Below, in pieces: positions 57,678 to 64,000 of a DNA stretch of 64,000 nt (positions are counted from its first letter, which is position 1; each line of letters starts with the position of its first letter). The DNA is from Lacibacter sp. (GTDB lineage: Bacteria > Bacteroidota > Bacteroidia > Chitinophagales > Chitinophagaceae). The notes under the pieces are model-generated. The model did not search any database and had not been told where the DNA came from. It was given only the letters and a program-made list of their open reading frames with translations. The translations under genes were made by a program, and so were the position numbers. The DNA is taken from the NCBI GenBank assembly GCA_046297415.1, contig JBKBIL010000003.1, positions 193,070 through 257,069 on the forward strand, read 5' to 3'.

Positions 57678-58783
57678 TGAATAAAATTCCTTTTGTTGAT
57701 TTAAAAGCACAGTATCATTCTATCCGTTCAGAAATTGATGCTGCTATGCAGCAGGTGATAGAACAAACCGCTTTTATAGGCAGCAACAATCCGTTTGTAC
57801 AGCAGTTTGAGCAACAATTTGCCGCCTTTTTGGGTATAAAGCACGTTGTAAGCTGTGCTAACGGAACTGATTCGCTGGAAATTTTATTAAAAGCGTTTAA
57901 CATTGGTAGCGGCGATGAAGTGATTGTGCCGGCCATGAGCTGGATCTCCACCTCCGAAGCGGTGTCGGCTGTGGGCGCCCGCCCGGTGTTTGTGGATATT
58001 GATCCTGTGTATTATACGATTGATCCATCTAAAATTGAAGCCGCCATCAGCTCCCGCACCAAAGCCATCATGCCGGTGCATTTGTATGGCCAGCCGGCTG
58101 ATATGGATCCGATAATGGATGTGGCAGCTACTCATAACTTAATTGTTATTGAAGATTGTGCGCAGGCACATGGCGCTCTCTACAAGGGCAAAATGGTGGG
58201 CACCATCGGTCATGCATCATCCTTCAGTTTTTATCCCGGTAAAAATTTAGGGGCTTATGGCGATGCAGGCGCTATGGCTACGAATGACGACCGGATAGCA
58301 GCCGTTTGCCGCATGATTGCCAACCACGGGCAGCAGGGAAAACACAACCACCTTAGGGAAGGGCGCAACAGCCGTATGGATGGCTTGCAGGCGGCCGTGC
58401 TGTCGGCCAAATTGCCGTACCTGCACGAGTGGACAAAACGACGGCAACAACATGCAACCCTTTATACGGAATTGTTACAGCATCCTTTGATTAAAACGCC
58501 TCCAGTAAGACCCGAATCGGAGCATGTGTTTCATTTGTATGTGGTGCAGGTGCCGGATCGTAATCAGTTGGCACAGCGGTTAAAAGAAAATGGAATTGAA
58601 ACAGCGGTACATTACCCGGTGGCATTGCCGTTTCTTGCCTGTTATCAGCACTATCAACATACGGCAGAACAGTTTCCTGTAGTTGCTTCGTTTCAACATA
58701 AAATTATATCACTGCCCATGTATGCGGAATTGACTAAGGTGGCCATTGCATACATCAGTGAGCAAGTAAAACAATGGGTTTAA
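57677..58783 (+). CDS. DegT/DnrJ/EryC1/StrS aminotransferase (WbpE-like)
   Basis: [39 protein letters not shown]. Confidence 0.9.
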   Translation: MNKIPFVDLKAQYHSIRSEIDAAMQQVIEQTAFIGSNNPFVQQFEQQFAAFLGIKHVVSCANGTDSLEILLKAFNIGSGDEVIVPAMSWISTSEAVSAVGARPVFVDIDPVYYTIDPSKIEAAISSRTKAIMPVHLYGQPADMDPIMDVAATHNLIVIEDCAQAHGALYKGKMVGTIGHASSFSFYPGKNLGAYGDAGAMATNDDRIAAVCRMIANHGQQGKHNHLREGRNSRMDGLQAAVLSAKLPYLHEWTKRRQQHATLYTELLQHPLIKTPPVRPESEHVFHLYVVQVPDRNQLAQRLKENGIETAVHYPVALPFLACYQHYQHTAEQFPVVASFQHKIISLPMYAELTKVAIAYISEQVKQWV

Positions 58784-58787
58784 TCAG

Positions 58788-59912
58788 ATGAAGGTTTTTC
58801 AATCGGCACATACATTTACGGCATTTAACGATTACCTCGAGCGGAAGTACCACATCAGCAGCGGCGGGTACAGTTTTGCGCAGTTGCAGCAGCTGCTGAT
58901 TGATGAAGGGTTTAACGCGGTGCACCAGCTGCTGCCTGTTCTGCAACCATCTCAGAAGCAGGGCTTTTTTACTCTGTGGAACTACGCCCCCATGCAATTG
59001 CAATGGGCGAAAGAAAAAGGATGGGCCGAAACAGATTTAAAGAAAATTCTGTTTGCGCAACTTGAAGAGTTTGGTGCGGATGTGTTTTACAATTTATCGC
59101 CCATACAGTTTGAAGCCGCCGAAATTAAACGGCTGCCCCAACAACGGGTGAAAATAGCCTGGTTTGCCTCGCCCGAAAAAAACAACATTGATTTCAGCGT
59201 TTATCATACCCGTTTCACCAATCTTCCTTCGGATGTGGATCCGGAGGCAAAGCGTGGTTTCCGCAGTCATTTCTTTCAGTTAAGTGATGCGCCGGTGTTT
59301 CATCAATACACCAACAATGAGAACCGCCCCATTGATGTGCTGTTCTTCGGACAATACCTCGAAAGCCAATTTGATAAACGCAACGGTTATATTGATGAAC
59401 TGATACGTTTGCAGGAGAAACATGGATTCAATCTGGTATTAGCATTAATGGCCAACTATAAATACAAGTACCTTTTGCCGTTTAAACTACCCCTGGCCCT
59501 GCATCAGAAATTTAAAGTATTACAGTTTCCTCCCAGGAAGGTAGCCGCACATGCTGCGCCTCCCTTGTTTGGTGCAGAAATGCTGCGCCATATTGGCGAA
59601 GCTAAAATTGTATTCAATTGTCATGTGGATATGGCGGGCAACTACCGGGTGAACATGCGCATTTTTGAAGCATTGGGTTGCGGGGCACACATGTTGAGTG
59701 ATGCAGGCATTTATCCCGAAGGGTTAAAAGCCGGAAGGCATTTTTCGGAATATAAAAATGTTGCGGAACTCGAAGAAAAAATCCTGTACCTACTGCAGCA
59801 CCCGCAGGAGCGGCAACAGGTAGCGGAGGCAGGTACCGCAGTGCTGCGTACGTACTATTCAAAAGAACAGCAATGGCAACAGTTTCAGCACATTGTTGCA
59901 CAATTCGGTTGA
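58788..59912 (+). CDS. CgeB-type glycosyltransferase
   Basis: C-terminal KIVFNCH...NMRIFEALGCG..MLSD. Confidence 0.75.
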   Translation: MKVFQSAHTFTAFNDYLERKYHISSGGYSFAQLQQLLIDEGFNAVHQLLPVLQPSQKQGFFTLWNYAPMQLQWAKEKGWAETDLKKILFAQLEEFGADVFYNLSPIQFEAAEIKRLPQQRVKIAWFASPEKNNIDFSVYHTRFTNLPSDVDPEAKRGFRSHFFQLSDAPVFHQYTNNENRPIDVLFFGQYLESQFDKRNGYIDELIRLQEKHGFNLVLALMANYKYKYLLPFKLPLALHQKFKVLQFPPRKVAAHAAPPLFGAEMLRHIGEAKIVFNCHVDMAGNYRVNMRIFEALGCGAHMLSDAGIYPEGLKAGRHFSEYKNVAELEEKILYLLQHPQERQQVAEAGTAVLRTYYSKEQQWQQFQHIVAQFG

Positions 59913-59913
59913 T

Positions 59914-60318
59914 ATGGACAAGCGTTATCCTTTTTTGATTCAGTTTCCGTCCATCGGCAACCCCTCATTGGGCTACCTGTCGGTAGCCGAGCAAAGAGCC
60001 CAGATACCCTTTGATATTGCCCGGGTGTACTGGACCTACTATACCCCCCAAAACGTAACCCGCGGCGGCCACGCCAATATCGAAAAGGAATTGGTGCTCG
60101 TGGCCGTGGCGGGATGCATAACCGTAACGGCCGAGCTACGGGATGGCTACAAAGAAACCTTTGTGCTTAACAGCCCCGATGTAGGCCTGTACCTGCCCAA
60201 ACTCTGCTGGCATACCATGCAGTACTCACATAATGCGGTGCAGATGGTAATCGCCTCCAATCTATATAGTGATGAAGATTATATCAGGGATTATTCTTTA
60301 TTCAAATCATGGCAGTAA
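59914..60318 (+). CDS. fdtA: dTDP-sugar 3,4-ketoisomerase (FdtA/QdtA cupin)
   Basis: IPFDIARVYWTY, RGGHA, WHTM, YSDEDYIRDY. Confidence 0.85.
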   Translation: MDKRYPFLIQFPSIGNPSLGYLSVAEQRAQIPFDIARVYWTYYTPQNVTRGGHANIEKELVLVAVAGCITVTAELRDGYKETFVLNSPDVGLYLPKLCWHTMQYSHNAVQMVIASNLYSDEDYIRDYSLFKSWQ

Positions 60319-60758
60319 CGCTTTGTGCATTTGATACTGTTTTCCTTGAAGCTTCCTGGAATTGGTTGCAGGATGAAGAGTTGCGCAAACTGGTAGATGC
60401 GCCTGTTATTACAAAAGAACAACAGGAAATATGGTTTGAATCATTGCCGCAACGATTAGATTACCGCATTTGGGGTGTATTATATAACGATCAACCTGTA
60501 GGTGTAGCGGGCATAAAAAATATTATGAACAATACCGGTGAATACTGGGGTTATATCGGTGATAAAAATTATTGGGGAAAGGGGATAGGTTCAGTTATAA
60601 TACAATGTGTCATTGCTGAGGCACATTCCTTACAGTTGAAACAGCTTACATTAAAAGTGTTACGTACGAATCAAAGAGCTATTCAGCTTTATCAAAAGAA
60701 CGGGTTTGTACAAACACAGGCTGACCAAATCCATCTGTTCATGCAAAAAACACTTTGA
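60309..60758 (+). CDS. GNAT N-acetyltransferase
   Basis: YIGDKNYWGKGIG, N.RAIQLYQKNGF. Confidence 0.85.
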   Translation: MAVTLCAFDTVFLEASWNWLQDEELRKLVDAPVITKEQQEIWFESLPQRLDYRIWGVLYNDQPVGVAGIKNIMNNTGEYWGYIGDKNYWGKGIGSVIIQCVIAEAHSLQLKQLTLKVLRTNQRAIQLYQKNGFVQTQADQIHLFMQKTL

Positions 60759-60766
60759 AAAAATTT

Positions 60767-61717
60767 ATGACTGAGTTGAAAGGAGAATGGCTGGAAACGA
60801 ATGCAGATGCCTATGCACAGGTAATACAACATCCTTATCATGTTTTCAATACAGTAGCTTTTACACAACTGAACAGCAGTAAATGTGAGGAGGCTTTTCA
60901 TTTATTATATAAAGACTCCAAGTACCGCCTTGGTCTTACAGCCGGTAAACGTGGCGGCATGTTACTTTCCCCGTTTTCTGCACCTTTCGGCGGTTTTAGC
61001 TTTTTAAAACAGGATGTTCAGTTGGCTGTCATTGAAAAGGCGGTACAGCAATTGGAAGCATTTGCGCTTTCAAAATCCTGCAGCGGCATCCGTTTGATAC
61101 TTCCTCCTTTGATTTATAACGAAACCTTTCTGGCCAAACAAATGAATGTATTGTACCGGATGGGATATCGCAACAGCAATCTGGATCTTGATTTTTATAT
61201 TCCGTTGCAGGCCGGTGCATCTTACGAAGAATTGCTCTGGTACAATGCTAAAAAGAATTTACGCATCAGTCAGCAGCAGGGTTTTGAAGTATCGGTTTGT
61301 AATGAGGATGTTACGGCACAGCAAACGATTTATGAAGCAATCAGGGAAAACAGAATCAGCAAGGGTAAACCCATGAACATGAGTTGGGATGACATCCGCT
61401 CCACTGCATCTGTTATACCCACTGATTTCTTTTTATTGAAACGTGGCGATGAAGCTATTGCAGGCGCTATTGTGTACAAGGCAGCAGCAGGTATCCGATA
61501 TGTTCCTTTTTGGGGCGATTGGCCGGGCTATGCATCATTGAAGCCAATGAACTTTTTATCACATTACATTGTGCAATTCTATCGGCGGGCGGGCGACCGG
61601 TACCTTCATATCGGCATCTCTACGGAAAACAGTGTGCCTAACTACGGGTTGTGTGAGTTTAAAGAAAGCATTGGCTGTACCATTACACCCAAACTGAGTT
61701 TTGAGAAAATTTTTTGA
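60767..61717 (+). CDS. Double-GNAT-fold / FemAB-like hypothetical protein
   Basis: SPFSAPFGG, IGISTENSVPNYGLCEFKESIG. Start 60755 (TTG) or 60767 (ATG). Confidence 0.55.
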   Translation: MTELKGEWLETNADAYAQVIQHPYHVFNTVAFTQLNSSKCEEAFHLLYKDSKYRLGLTAGKRGGMLLSPFSAPFGGFSFLKQDVQLAVIEKAVQQLEAFALSKSCSGIRLILPPLIYNETFLAKQMNVLYRMGYRNSNLDLDFYIPLQAGASYEELLWYNAKKNLRISQQQGFEVSVCNEDVTAQQTIYEAIRENRISKGKPMNMSWDDIRSTASVIPTDFFLLKRGDEAIAGAIVYKAAAGIRYVPFWGDWPGYASLKPMNFLSHYIVQFYRRAGDRYLHIGISTENSVPNYGLCEFKESIGCTITPKLSFEKIF

Positions 61718-61729
61718 TTGCCGCTTTTC

Positions 61730-62836
61730 ATGAGTATCCCTTTCTTGTCATTTGAAGCAGTTAACCGGCAAATTAAGGCTGAAATTACAAAGGCTTTTGA
61801 TACCGTTTTTGATGCTGGCTGGTACATTTTGGGGAAGCAGTTAGCTGCTTTTGAGCAGGAGTATGCTGCTTTCAATCAGGTGCAACATGCTAGCGGCATC
61901 AGTAACGGACTGGACGCACTGCATATAGCTTTGAAGGCAGTGGGTGTGGGTGCAGGCGATGAAGTGATTATTCCCGCTCATACCTTTATGGCTACGGCAC
62001 TGGCCGTTTCTTATACCGGTGCTACACCGGTTTTGGTGGAGCCCGATATGCGTACCTATAATATTGATACAACAAAAATTGAGTCGGCCATTACTTCCAG
62101 AACAAAAGCCATCATGCCGGTGCATTTATACGGCCAGGCTTGTGATATGGAAGCAATAAAACAGATTGCGGATAAACATCAGCTTTTTATTATTGAAGAT
62201 AATGCGCAGGCACATGGCGCAAGTTGGCAGGGTAAAATCACCGGTAGTTGGGGGCACATCAATGCCACCAGTTTTTACCCGGGCAAAAATTTAGGTGCCT
62301 TGGGCGATGCGGGTGCCGTCACCACCAACGATGCTGAATTGGCAAAAAAAACCGCTCTGCTGCGCAATTACGGTTCGGCCGAAAAATACAAGCACGAAGT
62401 GATGGGGTTTAACCAGCGCATGGATGAACTGCAGGCCGCTTTTTTGCGGGTAAAGTTGCGTTACTTGCCGGCGTGGACAAAGCTACGGCAATCAATTGCC
62501 GCCCAATATGATGCGGAACTGCGGGGTGTGGGCGATGTAATCACCCCCTATGTTGCCCCCGGCGCCACGCATGTTTACCATTTGTACGTAATACGTACCC
62601 GGCAGCGCAATGCTTTACAGCAATACCTGCAGCAGCAGGGCATTGGTACGTTGATTCATTATCCCATACCGGTTCATTTGCAGGAAGCTTACCGCCACCT
62701 CGGCTACGGCAGGGGCGATTTTCCCGGTGCGGAAGAGCTGGCCGACACCTGTTTAAGTTTGCCCCTGTGGCCCGGCATGACGGAAGCAATGATTAGTAAG
62801 GTAACAAAAGCCATTAAAAAGTTTTACGGACAATGA
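61730..62836 (+). CDS. DegT/DnrJ/EryC1/StrS aminotransferase (FdtB/QdtB-like)
   Basis: [38 protein letters not shown]. Confidence 0.9.
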   Translation: MSIPFLSFEAVNRQIKAEITKAFDTVFDAGWYILGKQLAAFEQEYAAFNQVQHASGISNGLDALHIALKAVGVGAGDEVIIPAHTFMATALAVSYTGATPVLVEPDMRTYNIDTTKIESAITSRTKAIMPVHLYGQACDMEAIKQIADKHQLFIIEDNAQAHGASWQGKITGSWGHINATSFYPGKNLGALGDAGAVTTNDAELAKKTALLRNYGSAEKYKHEVMGFNQRMDELQAAFLRVKLRYLPAWTKLRQSIAAQYDAELRGVGDVITPYVAPGATHVYHLYVIRTRQRNALQQYLQQQGIGTLIHYPIPVHLQEAYRHLGYGRGDFPGAEELADTCLSLPLWPGMTEAMISKVTKAIKKFYGQ

Positions 62837-63777
62837 GTACAGATTTGCTGCTGGTAACGGTGGTGGCACTCTGCTATAACCACAGCAGGTATGTGGTGGA
62901 AACGCTGGAGAGTATCTATTATCAGAACTATCCCCACCTGGAGGTATTCATTGTAGATGATTGTTCCAAAGATGATTCGGTGGCCCTCATTGAAAAATGG
63001 TTACAACAGCGCCGCCTGAACTGGACCTTTATAAAGCATGTGCAAAACCAAGGCATTAGCAAATCGCTCAACGAAACCATCGATTGGGCAAAGGGAAAAT
63101 ATTATAAGGCCATAGCCTGCGATGACGTATTGCTGCCCCACTTCATTAGTACCATGGTGGAGCGCTTTGAACAATTGCCCGAAGAATATGCCATGATTTA
63201 TTCAGATGTGCTGACTATCAACGAAAATTCTGAAGTTTTTGGCACCACTCCGTTTAAGGAACGGGGCTGGGATACGGAAGAGAAAGTGCCTTCGGGTAAA
63301 CTCTTTGACCAGCTGGCGGGCTGGTGCTTTATACCCGCCCCCGGTACATTTCTGCGCACCCGGGTTTTACAGGAAATAAGGTTTGATGAAAGCCTGATGC
63401 TGGAAGACTGGGATATGTGGCTGCAGATTGCAAAACGTTATCTCATTAAAGGTATTCCGCAAGCGATGGTGCAATACCGCATTCACAGCGCTTCTATGTA
63501 TCAGCAAAAAAGTCCGGCATACAGGGATCATGAATTAAGGACGGTTGAAAAGCATTTGGGTTATAGTAAGGAAGCTGATGTAGTCATCAAAGATTTTATT
63601 TTCCGGAGCAGTATTCAGTTATACGTGCATGGTGGTAGCCGACCCCTTTATTGGTTATGGCGTAGGTTTGTTATCAGGCCTACTATCAACAATTTTTTGC
63701 ATGTGCTATTGGCATTGACAGGGATCAGTTTTGAACAGAAAGAAAAATGGAGACAAAAATGGAAGCAGGCTTTGTAG
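62833..63777 (+). CDS. Glycosyltransferase family 2
   Basis: [25 protein letters not shown]. Confidence 0.88.
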   Translation: MSTDLLLVTVVALCYNHSRYVVETLESIYYQNYPHLEVFIVDDCSKDDSVALIEKWLQQRRLNWTFIKHVQNQGISKSLNETIDWAKGKYYKAIACDDVLLPHFISTMVERFEQLPEEYAMIYSDVLTINENSEVFGTTPFKERGWDTEEKVPSGKLFDQLAGWCFIPAPGTFLRTRVLQEIRFDESLMLEDWDMWLQIAKRYLIKGIPQAMVQYRIHSASMYQQKSPAYRDHELRTVEKHLGYSKEADVVIKDFIFRSSIQLYVHGGSRPLYWLWRRFVIRPTINNFLHVLLALTGISFEQKEKWRQKWKQAL

Positions 63778-64000
63778 ATATATTGATTTTGTTTTATAAC
63801 AAGGTAGAACAGACCATCAGCTGTATCAACAGTTTCCTCCCTTCTGGTCAGCAGATTTATGTGCTTAACAATGGCTCAGATCCTGCCCAACTAAAAAAGC
63901 TGCAGCTTACTTTTGATGGGAATGAACGCGTACACATTCTGGATGCAGGGAAAAACTTAGGTGTATCCGGTGGCAGAAATTATCTGATTCAGCATACAAA
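63759..64000 (+). CDS. Glycosyltransferase family 2, 3'-truncated
   Basis: My translation: [25 protein letters not shown]...VLNNGSD...NLGVSGGRN. Confidence 0.75.
   Translation, partial: MEAGFVDILILFYNKVEQTISCINSFLPSGQQIYVLNNGSDPAQLKKLQLTFDGNERVHILDAGKNLGVSGGRNYLIQHT

Noticed and set aside
1-64000. tRNA, rRNA, integrase or prophage genes
   Set aside because: No recognisable signatures seen by eye.

Overview
Chromosomal window from a Bacteroidota bacterium, probably Chitinophagaceae-like (inferred from SusC/SusD, UpxY, TAnnTTTG promoters and the gene repertoire). The left ~37 kb is mostly housekeeping: tricorn-like S41 peptidase, korA, ricT, holB, glutathione peroxidase, comF, radA, a lone SusC/SusD pair, icmF, acyl-CoA ligase, a GH63-like glycosidase, a umuD-umuC-SRAP SOS locus, an M1 peptidase and an AmgK/MurU-like pair. 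From 38 kb to the end runs a UpxY-headed surface-polysaccharide locus (wza, wzc, wzm, wzt, two asnB, amino-sugar genes, glycosyltransferases). The most striking signal is a DUF559 (Vsr-like) endonuclease cassette bounded by GC-rich hairpin inverted repeats. It occurs twice as a free-standing gene in a 583-bp tandem duplication inside the polysaccharide operon, and once as an AT-rich in-frame insertion inside icmF, where the repeats are translated. Other notable items: a RAYT transposase with REPs splitting umuD from umuC; a UmuD lacking both catalytic residues; a candidate ~60-nt sRNA; a terminator in the upxY leader; a frameshifted AbiEii module; and several palindromic or heptamer repeat families, some nested in each other. 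No rRNA, tRNA or CRISPR array was seen. All calls come from reading the sequence; no searches were run.
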